Shown here: positions 37,249 through 46,605 of the stretch, in pieces
Position numbering within the stretch: the stretch's first letter is position 1
Layout of the letters: each line of letters begins with the position of its first letter
NCBI GenBank assembly: GCA_041662205.1
Contig: JBAZSZ010000002.1
Span: forward strand, 103,266-167,265
Length of the DNA: 64,000 nt
From: Minisyncoccota bacterium
GTDB taxonomy: Bacteria; Patescibacteriota; Minisyncoccia; Phycocordibacterales; UBA9973
Reading direction: 5' to 3'
Notes under the pieces: generated by a model
The model's database searches: none
Seen by the model: the letters and a program-made list of their open reading frames with translations, nothing else
What the model was told of the DNA's origin: nothing
Position numbers and translations under genes: made by a program

Positions 37249-37602
37249 TTAAGCGGATGTTACCTGTCGGAGTCCTGTTCCATCGTCGCTTGTTTTCCTT
37301 ATTGCCGCTACAGGCTGTAATCCCTTGCCGTCATCCTGGCCCATTGCCTTTGTAGTTGCGATAGTCCAGCCGTCTTCTTTTGCGAGGTCCTGCTGCCCTG
37401 TTGCCTTCATAAGAATACCCTGATCCACGGTAACGGCGTCGGTGATAGTTGCGCCTTCTTCTTTTGCGAGGTCCTGCTGCCCTGTTGCCTTCATAAGAAT
37501 ACCCTGATCCACGGTAACGGCGTCGGTGGCTGCGAACGCGATAGCGGCGCACAGTACTGTAAAACAACAGCATAGCACTACCAATAAAAGTTTCTTCTTC
37601 AT
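37249..37602 (-). CDS. Small secreted protein with two 28-aa tandem repeats and atypically high GC
   Basis: Signal peptide MKKKLLLVVLCCCFTVLCAAIAFA, a strong AGGAGGG Shine-Dalgarno sequence, repeats (A)TDAVTVDQGILMKATGQQDLAKE(E/D)G, and local GC of about 55-59% against about 35% nearby. Confidence 0.6.
   Translation of the reverse strand: MKKKLLLVVLCCCFTVLCAAIAFAATDAVTVDQGILMKATGQQDLAKEEGATITDAVTVDQGILMKATGQQDLAKEDGWTIATTKAMGQDDGKGLQPVAAIRKTSDDGTGLRQVTSA
37374..37541. repeat. 84-bp tandem direct repeat x2 inside the 37249-37602 gene
   Basis: cttcttttgcgaggtcctgctgccctgttgccttcataagaataccctgatccacggtaacggcgtcggtg occurs twice with a period of 84 bp. Confidence 0.8.
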
Positions 37603-37816
37603 ATTTTCCCTCCTAACAGAAAATTTATGAAAAAAATCTTACTCTAAATTTTATCAACAAGCTTCCTAACTTGTCGATACGGGTCTCGAGCGTCCCCGTT
37701 GTTTTTTTATTGTTTCAACGTACCTCCTTCAATTAGATACTATCAAATAACGATTTTTCGTCAATTTAGAAAAAGCGTGATTGTGGATAACTCGCCAGAG
37801 GCGAGCAAGTTCTTTT

Positions 37817-38869
37817 TTATTGGTTTTCTAAAAACTGAAAAATTTTTTCGTTGGTGAGGACATTTTCGGCGTGCATGCGGGCGCGTTCAGGGTCGGCGTC
37901 TTTGTAGTGTTCTAGGATTGCGGCGACTTCGTTGGCTACTTGTTCGTCGTCGGCGACTATTTTTTCCGCTTTAGCTATCTCATTTAAGATCAGAGCGAGT
38001 TTGGCTTTTTTTTCAGCATCAATTCTAAATTCTTTTCGCAAATCTTCTTTTGTTTTGTTTAAATGTTTTAAATAATCTTCAAATTTTAATCCCATTTGGG
38101 TGATGTCGGACTCCATGCGGTATAAGATTTTGTCTAATTCAACTTCCACTAAAATTTCAGGCAGATCCATAATACTACCTTCTACTATTTCTTCTATGAT
38201 TTTTAGACGAGTTTTTTCTTTTTGCCCGTTTTCTTTTTCTAATTTTATATTTTCTCTTAGTTTGGTTTTAAAATCTTCAACATCTTTGAAGGGGCCAAGC
38301 GCTTGCACAAAAGCATCATCGAATGTGGGGAGTTCTGGTTCTGGGTGTACATGTTCCTCACCTTCTTTGTGTTCATGCTCTGCCATATGCACCTTGGGTG
38401 CGCGAGATTTACGGATATCCATGATGGTATTTTCTAAATCTTCATCAGAGACAACGATATTTTTCTCAGCATCGGTAACACCTCCTATTTTTTTTGCAGC
38501 GTCTTTGTAGTCAGGAAGTTTTATTTCCGGTAAGATAGCAGTTTTTATTTTAAATCCTAGAGGATTATTACGCGCTAATTTTATGATAGAAATTTCTGGT
38601 CTACTTATGACGTCTAGTTTTTCATCGGTAATTATTTTGGGGTAATGTTCACCCAAAGCCATCTCTGCCATTTCTTCTAGGATGCTAATCTCTGGGATAT
38701 TAGAAAGCAAAACATTTTCAGGAACTTTGCCCTTTCTAAAACCATCTAATTTAACATTTTCACCAAGCTTTTTTAATGCTTTCGAATAATAAGACTCAAA
38801 AATTTCGGCTTCTAGTTCACCTTCAATTTCTACTTCACTTTTTGGAAGTTTGTTTACTGTTATTTTCAT
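37817..38869 (-). CDS. tig: Trigger factor (compact form)
   Basis: N-terminal ribosome-binding signature GFRKGKVP. Total length about 350 aa. The likely start is MKITVNKLPK. Confidence 0.75.
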   Translation of the reverse strand: MKITVNKLPKSEVEIEGELEAEIFESYYSKALKKLGENVKLDGFRKGKVPENVLLSNIPEISILEEMAEMALGEHYPKIITDEKLDVISRPEISIIKLARNNPLGFKIKTAILPEIKLPDYKDAAKKIGGVTDAEKNIVVSDEDLENTIMDIRKSRAPKVHMAEHEHKEGEEHVHPEPELPTFDDAFVQALGPFKDVEDFKTKLRENIKLEKENGQKEKTRLKIIEEIVEGSIMDLPEILVEVELDKILYRMESDITQMGLKFEDYLKHLNKTKEDLRKEFRIDAEKKAKLALILNEIAKAEKIVADDEQVANEVAAILEHYKDADPERARMHAENVLTNEKIFQFLENQ

Positions 38870-38903
38870 AATTTTTAGTCTATATTTATTTATGTTTTTT
38901 GTC

Positions 38904-38944
38904 AAAAAAATAACCCCGTCGCTCGTGAGCGACGGGGTTATTTT
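38904..38944. terminator. Intrinsic terminator (for the minus-strand gene 38957-39184) just upstream of the tig promoter
   Basis: aaaaaaaTAACCCCGTCGCTC-gtga-GCGACGGGGTTAtttt. Confidence 0.7.
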
Positions 38945-38956
38945 AATTCTTAATTC

Positions 38957-39184
38957 CTAATTTACACTATTCACATCCACGCCAGTGTTAACATCTGTCG
39001 TTTGTATATCTGCTTCTAGGGTATTTAGATCAGCAGAATCTTGAGTAGTGACAGTCTCGGGTGTGACAGAACTTTTATTTGATTTCCACATAAATATTCC
39101 AGCGATAATAATAAGAATAATTATTACTATCCCAATTATCATTCCGTTTGATTTTTTTTCTGTTTCCATAGTTTTCCCCGACAT
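38957..39184 (-). CDS. Small single-pass membrane protein
   Basis: IIGIVIIILIIIAGIFMW TM segment followed by an acidic/Thr-rich tail. Confidence 0.5.
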   Translation of the reverse strand: MSGKTMETEKKSNGMIIGIVIIILIIIAGIFMWKSNKSSVTPETVTTQDSADLNTLEADIQTTDVNTGVDVNSVN

Positions 39185-39212
39185 AGCGAGGTAAGTTAAA
39201 TTTAATAATAAT

Positions 39213-40079
39213 TTATTGACTGTCGCTTCCTGAATTATTAGAATTATCTAATTTCAATTTATCTAATTCTATTTTTACTTCGTCTTTTAAAGATTTAACT
39301 GCATCTCTAAGTGCTTGATGAGCATCTTTAATAAGATTTTGAGTATCTTGTGCAAGAGTTACTAATTTAGCTTTTTCTGTTGCAGAAAGTTTATTAACTG
39401 AGGTTGCTAGAATTGTGTTTATTTCTGTAATTTTTACATTAGCAGTATTTAGTTTTGTTTCAGCTGTTGTTACAAAAGCTTTAGCGTTCGTAACATTTAC
39501 TCCCTTCAATGCTAGTTTGGCTATTTGATTGTTAATTCTATCTTTTAAATTATTCATTCTTGCAACTGCCGCATCAAATCTCTGTAATGCATTTTCTCTT
39601 CCAGAAATTCTTGTCTCGCCATCTAATTTTTTGGCTAAATTTTTTTCTCCTTTAAGGATAGATTTTAAATCCTCTAGTTTATTTTTTGCTACTTCACGTA
39701 GTGCCCTGTTTGCATCATCACCACTATCAGATGAATTGTCGATACGCACTCCAGCTGCATTAAAATCTCCTCTACCTTGGTCTGGGGTCCCATCATCATC
39801 ACCAGGAGTATTGTCTATGCGTACTCCAGCTGCATTAAAATCTCCTCTACCTTGGTCTGGGGTCCCATCATCACCAGGAGTATTATCTACACGTACTCCG
39901 GCAGCGTTGAAATCACCAGAACCTTGGTCAGGAGTTCCATCATCACTACCACCTCCACTACTACTAACGCCACTGGAAGAATTACCAGAACTTCCATCTT
40001 TTGCTTGAGAGTTATTTGCATTCATCATAAACACTAGCATTAAAACAATCACAAACAAACCTATATTTTTTTTCATCAT
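39213..40079 (-). CDS. Secreted protein with three tandem 22-23-aa RGD-containing repeats and a C-terminal coiled coil
   Basis: Signal peptide MMKKNIGLFVIVLMLVFMMNANNSQA. Repeats GDDGTPDQG(R/S)GDFNAAGVR(I/V)DNTP x3. The DNA repeat period is 66-69 bp over about 39740-39950. Confidence 0.6.
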   Translation of the reverse strand: MMKKNIGLFVIVLMLVFMMNANNSQAKDGSSGNSSSGVSSSGGGSDDGTPDQGSGDFNAAGVRVDNTPGDDGTPDQGRGDFNAAGVRIDNTPGDDDGTPDQGRGDFNAAGVRIDNSSDSGDDANRALREVAKNKLEDLKSILKGEKNLAKKLDGETRISGRENALQRFDAAVARMNNLKDRINNQIAKLALKGVNVTNAKAFVTTAETKLNTANVKITEINTILATSVNKLSATEKAKLVTLAQDTQNLIKDAHQALRDAVKSLKDEVKIELDKLKLDNSNNSGSDSQ

Positions 40080-40220
40080 AAATTTTTTAGATATTAATTA
40101 ATAATAATATTATTCTATTCTCAAACATCATCATTAATTTAACATTAATTTGATAATTGTTGATAAATAGAACCTCCTTTTTATATTTTATCAATAAAAC
40201 AACTAAAAACAATAGCAACT

Positions 40221-40805
40221 TTATTCGAAGTTTTTCGAGTAAATATCCGTATATCTTTGTTCACACTCCTTTAATACTTTCAAGGCTTCATTTTTATCAA
40301 AAAACCCTTTTATTATGGTAGTTCCAGGGTTTTTTAGGTGTTTATAGTATTCCCAAAAATGCGTAGTTTCTTTTTTAAATTGCTCTCCTAGATCATCGAT
40401 TGATTTGATGTGGTCGCTTCTTCGGTCATCAGATAAAACTGCGATGATCTTATCATCAATTTCTCCTCCATCTTCAAATTTCATTACACCGATAACACGA
40501 GCTTCAACCAAACATCCAGGGATGAGTGGTTCGGTAACATTGGCGATACAAATATCCAAAGGATCATTGTCATAGTCCCAAGTTTGCGGTATCGCTCCAT
40601 AGGAAAAAGGATAAGCAAGAGATGAGTAGCCGACTCGATCTAGCTTGAGTTGCCCAGATTCGGTAATTATTTCATATTTACTAATAGCGCCAGAATTTAT
40701 TTCAACAATAGTATTAACAACATCACTTTTTTCTTCTACAAATGTAGGAAGAACATGCAACAAATTGAGCATAAATTTTGAAGGTTTGTGATTTATGTTT
40801 GCCAT
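40221..40805 (-). CDS. ppa: Inorganic pyrophosphatase (family I)
   Basis: DNDPLDICI and EARVIGVMKFEDGGEIDDKIIAV. Confidence 0.8.
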   Translation of the reverse strand: MANINHKPSKFMLNLLHVLPTFVEEKSDVVNTIVEINSGAISKYEIITESGQLKLDRVGYSSLAYPFSYGAIPQTWDYDNDPLDICIANVTEPLIPGCLVEARVIGVMKFEDGGEIDDKIIAVLSDDRRSDHIKSIDDLGEQFKKETTHFWEYYKHLKNPGTTIIKGFFDKNEALKVLKECEQRYTDIYSKNFE

Positions 40806-40893
40806 AATTTTTATTATATCAACAAGAGAGGATCAAAGCAAAGCTTGCTTTTGTTTTGTCCGAGCGCCGTTGATATATGGTAATCCATATATT

Positions 40894-42057
40894 TTATTCC
40901 TCAATTTTTTCAACTGTAGAAGAAGTTTGAGCTTCGATGGGGGTAGTTGCTTCATCACCCTTGATATCTATCCTCCAGCCGGTGAGCTTGGCAGCGAGAC
41001 GTACGTTTTGTCCACCTTTACCGATAGCGAGGGACAGCTGATCATTGGCTACTTCTACAATGGCTTTGTGCTCCTTTTCATCTATCACAATTGAAATAAC
41101 TTTTGCTGGGGAAAGGGAATTAGAAACAAATTGGATGGGATTTTCGGACCAAGGAATGATATCAATTTTTTCTCCAGAAAGCTCTGTGGTAATAGTATTT
41201 ACTCGAGTTCCTTTTTGTCCGACACAAGAACCGACTGGGTCAATATGTTCATCGTTTGAAAAAACTGCAATTTTTGTACGGGCGCCTGCTTCACGGGCAA
41301 CAGATTTTATTTCCACTATACCGTTTTCTATTTCTGGTGCTTCGATGGAAAAAAGTTTTTCTACAAATTTAGGATGAGTGCGTGAAAGACGCAAGTTGAT
41401 ACCTCGATGAGTGTCTTCTACGCTATAAAGGTAAGCTCTTATTCTTTGTCCTCGAGTCCAATATTCTCCAGGAATTTGTTCTTCGGCTGGCAAGATTCCT
41501 GTCGCTCTATTGAAATCTACATAGACATTTCCTCTTTCTACTTTTTGAACTATACCAGAGATGACTTCTCCTTCTTTGGTGCCGTATTCGTCAATAATAG
41601 AAGTACGTTCCGCTTCGCGGATTTTCTGGATGATGACTTGCTTGGCAGTTTGTGCGGCGATACGTCCATAATCATCTTTTTGTTCTAGTGGGAAAATGAT
41701 TTCATCATTGAGTTCTGCCCCTTTTTTTATTTTTTTTGCGTCTTCGAGAAGAATGTGATGTTCGGAATTAAAATGTACTCGTTCATCCATGTCATCTTTT
41801 ATGGAATATTCCCCACTTTCTTTTTCGTCATCCATGATAGCGATACTTTCATCAACCACGATTTTTACTTGGAAGAAATCTGTTTTACCAGTTTCCATAT
41901 CAAATTTGGCTCGGATGATTTGTCCTTTTTTACCGTAATCTTTTTTATAAGCAGCAGCCATGGCCTGTTCTATTGCTTCTAATATTTTTGCTTTTGGAAT
42001 TTTCCTTTCTTCTTCCAATTGTTCTAACGCTGATTTGAATGTTTTTATGTCTAACAT
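40894..42057 (-). CDS. nusA: Transcription termination/antitermination factor NusA
   Basis: N-terminal domain, S1 domain, and two KH domains (GSCVGQKGTRV and IGKGGQNVRLA). Confidence 0.9.
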   Translation of the reverse strand: MLDIKTFKSALEQLEEERKIPKAKILEAIEQAMAAAYKKDYGKKGQIIRAKFDMETGKTDFFQVKIVVDESIAIMDDEKESGEYSIKDDMDERVHFNSEHHILLEDAKKIKKGAELNDEIIFPLEQKDDYGRIAAQTAKQVIIQKIREAERTSIIDEYGTKEGEVISGIVQKVERGNVYVDFNRATGILPAEEQIPGEYWTRGQRIRAYLYSVEDTHRGINLRLSRTHPKFVEKLFSIEAPEIENGIVEIKSVAREAGARTKIAVFSNDEHIDPVGSCVGQKGTRVNTITTELSGEKIDIIPWSENPIQFVSNSLSPAKVISIVIDEKEHKAIVEVANDQLSLAIGKGGQNVRLAAKLTGWRIDIKGDEATTPIEAQTSSTVEKIEE

Positions 42058-42086
42058 ATTATTATTTTATTAAGTTTTATTAAAAA

Positions 42087-42110
42087 AAGCCCTGTGGCTA
42101 CAGGACTCAT
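42087..42110 (-). terminator. Candidate leader terminator/attenuator in the nusA 5' region (minus strand)
   Basis: On the minus strand: GUCCUGU-agcc-ACAGGGC followed by UUUUUUU, about 30 nt upstream of the nusA ATG. No co-directional upstream gene exists for it to terminate. Confidence 0.45.
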
Positions 42111-42214
42111 ACCAGAAAATAGTACCATAAGAGTGATTTTTATGCAAACACAATAGAGTTATCCACACCTCTGATTCACCCTTTTTCTTTTTTGTTCTAT
42201 ACTTATCTTAACTT

Positions 42215-42505
42215 ATGAATAAAAATCAAAAGGTCGCAATAATTATTTTGATTGTCATCTTTTTAGGTTTGTTTATCTTTTATTTTATCTTCCGTTCAAA
42301 ATCTCCTCCACCACCACTTACCGAAGCAGAAGTAAGACAAGCTCTCATTGATTCCACAACTGCTCCCATCACCTCAATTCCAATGAACCCAAAAGAAATA
42401 AAGCAACTCATAGATTCCACTACTGCCCCAACACAAAAACAAACACCAGCATTAAAAACAAAACAACCATTAACAGCAAATAAATATAAATATAATGAAA
42501 ACTAA
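42215..42505 (+). CDS. Small membrane protein with a Pro/Thr-rich tail
   Basis: TM segment VAIIILIVIFLGLFIFYFIF. First gene of the pilus-associated cluster. Confidence 0.5.
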   Translation: MNKNQKVAIIILIVIFLGLFIFYFIFRSKSPPPPLTEAEVRQALIDSTTAPITSIPMNPKEIKQLIDSTTAPTQKQTPALKTKQPLTANKYKYNEN

Positions 42506-43370
42506 AATAATCCAAAATATAAAATCAATCATCTTAGCCTTAATTTTAGTACTTGGTGTAAGTTATGTTTCTGCTTTTAGTACTTGGGTTAATCCAACTT
42601 CAACTCCACCTAATAATAATGCTGATACACCACTTAATGTAGGTAATACTGGTCAAATAAAGGTTGGAGGTTTGACGCTGAACACAGGTGGGGCTCCTAA
42701 TGGTCTTATTGTACAAAGTGGTAAGGTGGGTATCGGGGTAGCGAGTCCAGCTCAAAAATTGGATGTAGCTGGAACAATTCAAGCTACTGGATTAAAGATT
42801 ACAACTGGTGCAACTGCGGGAAAAGTTCTGACTTCTGACGCATTAGGTGTAGCGACTTGGCAGGCAGCAGCAGCGGGAAGCGGAGATAATCTAGGTAATC
42901 ATGTAGCGACCCAAGCATTAAATATGAATAATAATGTTATCACTAGGCAGGCCTCGGGTGATTTCAATACTGTTGAACTTCAAAGTGGTTCCGATCGAAT
43001 TAGCTTTGATAATGGTTCTTATAATGGAGAAACAGTTTTTGCAGCGCTTATTAACGAAGGACCTTACCCAATACAGAGAAGAGGGAGTTTGAATTGTCCA
43101 GCTGGGCAGGCTATTCGTACAATTGGTGTAAATGGAAGTGCGACGTGTGTTGATGTGGGAGCAACTACAACAAGTGTTACTTTGACAAATTGTGAGTGGA
43201 CTGCATGGGAATACAATGCTACTGGCGCCAATGTTAAAGGTGCTGGCTTGGGCCCAACATATTGTCCAGCTGGAAAAATTGCAAGTGGGTTTGATCTGGA
43301 TGGTTCTTCAAACAATGATAACGAATCTGTTTTTCAAAGAATGTATTGTTGTTCAATGAGTTTCCAATAA
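42495..43370 (+). CDS. Secreted protein with a phage-tail-fibre-like repeat domain and a Cys-rich C-terminus
   Basis: Signal peptide, then VGIGVASPAQKLDVAGTIQATGLKITTGATAGKVLTSDALGVATWQ (a motif widespread in tail-fibre-like proteins), and a C-terminus with 8 Cys. Confidence 0.55.
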   Translation: MKTKIIQNIKSIILALILVLGVSYVSAFSTWVNPTSTPPNNNADTPLNVGNTGQIKVGGLTLNTGGAPNGLIVQSGKVGIGVASPAQKLDVAGTIQATGLKITTGATAGKVLTSDALGVATWQAAAAGSGDNLGNHVATQALNMNNNVITRQASGDFNTVELQSGSDRISFDNGSYNGETVFAALINEGPYPIQRRGSLNCPAGQAIRTIGVNGSATCVDVGATTTSVTLTNCEWTAWEYNATGANVKGAGLGPTYCPAGKIASGFDLDGSSNNDNESVFQRMYCCSMSFQ

Positions 43371-43389
43371 TCTTTGGTTTAATAAAATA

Positions 43390-44763
43390 ATGAAAATTTC
43401 TTTTTTAAAAATTATTTTTGTTTTAGCATTTATTTTTTGTTTTTCTCCTTTTCTGGCTTCGGCAAGTGTTACAGACAATATGTCAGGTTATGCTTGGTCC
43501 TCAAATATCGGTTGGATTAGTTTTAATTGTACGAACAATAATAGCTGTGCGACTTCAAATTATGGTGTTAATAAAGATGCAAGTGGTAATCTTGTAGGAT
43601 ATGCTTGGTCACCAAATATCGGTTGGATCCAATTTGGTGGGCTTTCTAGTTTTCCAATTGGATCTGGAACGCAATCAATAAATGCAAAGATAAATGGTAA
43701 CAATTTACAAGGTTGGGCAAAAGCACCTTCTGCTAGTGACGGTAGTAGTGGCTGGGATGGCTGGATTTCTTTATCTGGCGCAGGTCCAAATTATGGGGTA
43801 ATTTTGACTGGTAATGATTTTTCTGGTTATGCATGGGGGAGTGAGGTAATAGGTTGGATCAACTTTGTTAGCGTTGCGGTTGATGCTGGACCTATTATGT
43901 CAGGTACTCTAACCCCAGCCACTTCTTCCTGCGTCATTGCTTCGGGGGCAAGTACTTGTACGGTAAACCTAAGTTGGTCTATCGTAAATCCAGTAGGAAC
44001 TCCCACCGCTATTACCGCTAATGGTATGACTAATGTGAATGTGACCAATACCCTAGTAACCCCTCAGTCAGGAGGCCCTCTAGCCTTAACTGTTCCTTGG
44101 GGAGGTAGGATATTTTATCTTTACAACAACAATGTTCTTTTAGCTCAAAGTACAGTTAATTCAACTTCTGTAACTTGCGTAGCAGGAACTAGTTGGGATG
44201 AAACGAAGTGTGCTCCATCTATTTGCACCCCAACTCCTCCAGGCTTTACTGGAAGCGTAAGTCCATCTTCGGTTGCTGTTGGAGGGGCATACACATTATC
44301 TTGTGACTATGGAGTTAATTCTTGGTACATTTTCCCTACTGTTGGTTCTGGTTCGTGTGAATGGGTTAATACTGAAGGAACAAAAGGGAATTTCAATTGT
44401 ACTGCCGGTTCGAGTACTGGAACTTTTAGTAATAATTGTGTCATTTATAATACCCCAACAGACACAGACCCATCCCATGGTGGTCAGTATTGTACAAGCA
44501 CTAATGCTATAAATAGTCTTACGGTTACCGCTGATGGTAGTGGTAATTGTACTGATGGTATTCAAAATGGAAATGAAACTGGTATTGACACTGGTGGTCG
44601 TTGTACTGGTAGCAGTAATACCTGTTCTGATCCTAGTGAGCACTATTTATGTGGTGATGGCAACCCTGGCACAAATCAAACAAGTAGTCCTACTAAATGG
44701 TCTTGGAGGTGTGGTTCAACCCTTTGTTCAGAAAAGAAAATTCCAGGGTTTATAGAGAATTAA
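43390..44763 (+). CDS. Secreted protein with four GYAWSxNIGWIxF repeats and a Cys-rich C-terminal half
   Basis: Signal peptide MKISFLKIIFVLAFIFCFSPFLASA. Repeats SGYAWSSNIGWISF, VGYAWSPNIGWIQF, DGWISLSG, SGYAWGSEVIGWINF. Confidence 0.55.
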   Translation: MKISFLKIIFVLAFIFCFSPFLASASVTDNMSGYAWSSNIGWISFNCTNNNSCATSNYGVNKDASGNLVGYAWSPNIGWIQFGGLSSFPIGSGTQSINAKINGNNLQGWAKAPSASDGSSGWDGWISLSGAGPNYGVILTGNDFSGYAWGSEVIGWINFVSVAVDAGPIMSGTLTPATSSCVIASGASTCTVNLSWSIVNPVGTPTAITANGMTNVNVTNTLVTPQSGGPLALTVPWGGRIFYLYNNNVLLAQSTVNSTSVTCVAGTSWDETKCAPSICTPTPPGFTGSVSPSSVAVGGAYTLSCDYGVNSWYIFPTVGSGSCEWVNTEGTKGNFNCTAGSSTGTFSNNCVIYNTPTDTDPSHGGQYCTSTNAINSLTVTADGSGNCTDGIQNGNETGIDTGGRCTGSSNTCSDPSEHYLCGDGNPGTNQTSSPTKWSWRCGSTLCSEKKIPGFIEN

Positions 44764-44782
44764 GAAAGATTTACTTATAGCA

Positions 44783-44809
44783 AAAAATTCCCCTAGCAGG
44801 GAATTTTTT
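44783..44809 (+). terminator. Intrinsic terminator after the 43390-44763 gene, followed by the pilB promoter (TATACT)
   Basis: aaaaAATTCCC-ctagca-GGGAATTtttttg. Confidence 0.65.
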
Positions 44810-44824
44810 GCTATACTAGTAACA

Positions 44825-46597
44825 ATGCAAATTAACGAAGAACAATTAAAGAAATTTATTTTAGATGAAGGGTTGGTATCTGAAACAGATCTCAAGGATG
44901 CATTTAAAAAAGCTGAAATTAAAAAACAAAAAATTGGGGACGTTTTATTTTCAGATGGGAAAATATCTGAAACTGATTTAAAGCGAATAGAGGCTTATGT
45001 TTTAGGAATACCATTCGTTAGTTTGAATGATAAAAAAATAGATTTTTCTGTTCTTTCTTTTGTGCCTGAACCAATTGCGCGCAATTATAATATTGTCGCT
45101 TATAAAAAAAGTGAAAACAGCTTAGAGGTGGCGATGCTTGATGTTGATGACCTGCCGGTGATTGATTTTATTAAAAAACGTTCCGGCTTAAAAATTTTAC
45201 CTAGGTTAACAGATACAGCTTCTATCAGATCTGTCTTGGTTCAGTATCGACAAAGTTTAGAATCTGAATTTCGAGATATTATTCAAAAAGAAAATGCTAC
45301 TTTAAATAATTCTTTAGGAGAAGACAGTGAAGGTTCTGCAGAAAAAACTGGTGAAAAGTCTGAATTGGAATTAAAACAAATGGCAGAGGATCTGCCAGTG
45401 GTAAAAATAGTAGATTCTTTAATTTTTCATGCAATTTTACAAAATGCGTCCGACATTCATATTGAGCCTGGAGAACATGAGCTCACTGTGCGTTACCGAA
45501 TAGATGGAATCTTGCATGACGCCATGGTCCTTGAGAAAAATGCTGGTTCAGGGATAACTGCGCGTATCAAAGTATTAGCCAATTTAAAATTGGATGAAAA
45601 AAGATTGCCCCAAGACGGCAGATTTAAAATAGAACAAAATGGAGAAAAAATTTCTTTTCGTGTTTCTACTCTACCTACTTTTTTTGGAGAGAAGACAGTG
45701 ATCAGAATTTTAAAAGAAAACACCCATGGTTTTTCTTTAGAAGCGCTTGGTTTTCATGGTGAAGGATTAGAGCGAATACATAACTCATTGAAACAAAAAA
45801 CTGGGATGGTGCTCGCTACTGGTCCGACCGGAAGTGGAAAGACGACTACGCTTTATACTTTGCTTGATATTTTAAATAGACCAGAAGTTAATATTTCAAC
45901 AGTAGAAGATCCTGTCGAATATCAAATGCCTAGAGTCAATCAAACACAGGTTAAACCAGAGATTGGTTTAACTTTTGCCAACGGGCTTCGTTCATTATTG
46001 CGTCAAGATCCGGACATTGTAATGGTGGGAGAAATTCGTGATGGAGAAACAGCTGGATTGGCTATCAATGCTTCGCTTACAGGTCACTTAGTTCTTTCTA
46101 CTATTCATACCAACTCAGCTTCTGGTGCAATTCCAAGACTTATAGATATGGGAGTGGAGCCTTTTTTGATAACCGCCACTGTGAAAACAATTCTAGCTCA
46201 AAGACTAGTGCGTCGACTTACAGCTAATAAAGAAAAATATTTCCTGTCTGATGTAGAGATAAAAAATCTTGCAAAGGTTGTCGATTTAGATAGAGTGTTA
46301 GATTTTTTAAAAATTGAAAAAATTGTGAGTGAAAAAGATGATTGGGAAAAAATTCCTTTTTATAAAGCGATAAAAAATGCTGAATTTGAAGATGGATATT
46401 CGGGTCGGGTTGGGATGCATGAAGTATTAAAAGTTACACCCACTATCAAAGAAATGATTATTAAGGGAAGTTCTCAGGATGATATAGAGGCGCAAGCAAA
46501 AAAAGAAGGAATGATGACTATGATTGAGGATGGAGTTTTCCAAGCAGTATTGGGTTTAACTACCCTTGAAGAAGTGTTCCGAGTTGTTTCAGAATAG
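44825..46597 (+). CDS. pilB: Type IV pilus assembly ATPase PilB (GspE family)
   Basis: N-terminal GSPII-type domain, Walker A GPTGSGKTTTLY, Asp box, Walker B IVMVGEIRD, His box. Confidence 0.9.
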   Translation: MQINEEQLKKFILDEGLVSETDLKDAFKKAEIKKQKIGDVLFSDGKISETDLKRIEAYVLGIPFVSLNDKKIDFSVLSFVPEPIARNYNIVAYKKSENSLEVAMLDVDDLPVIDFIKKRSGLKILPRLTDTASIRSVLVQYRQSLESEFRDIIQKENATLNNSLGEDSEGSAEKTGEKSELELKQMAEDLPVVKIVDSLIFHAILQNASDIHIEPGEHELTVRYRIDGILHDAMVLEKNAGSGITARIKVLANLKLDEKRLPQDGRFKIEQNGEKISFRVSTLPTFFGEKTVIRILKENTHGFSLEALGFHGEGLERIHNSLKQKTGMVLATGPTGSGKTTTLYTLLDILNRPEVNISTVEDPVEYQMPRVNQTQVKPEIGLTFANGLRSLLRQDPDIVMVGEIRDGETAGLAINASLTGHLVLSTIHTNSASGAIPRLIDMGVEPFLITATVKTILAQRLVRRLTANKEKYFLSDVEIKNLAKVVDLDRVLDFLKIEKIVSEKDDWEKIPFYKAIKNAEFEDGYSGRVGMHEVLKVTPTIKEMIIKGSSQDDIEAQAKKEGMMTMIEDGVFQAVLGLTTLEEVFRVVSE

Positions 46598-46605
46598 TTA
46601 GTTGC

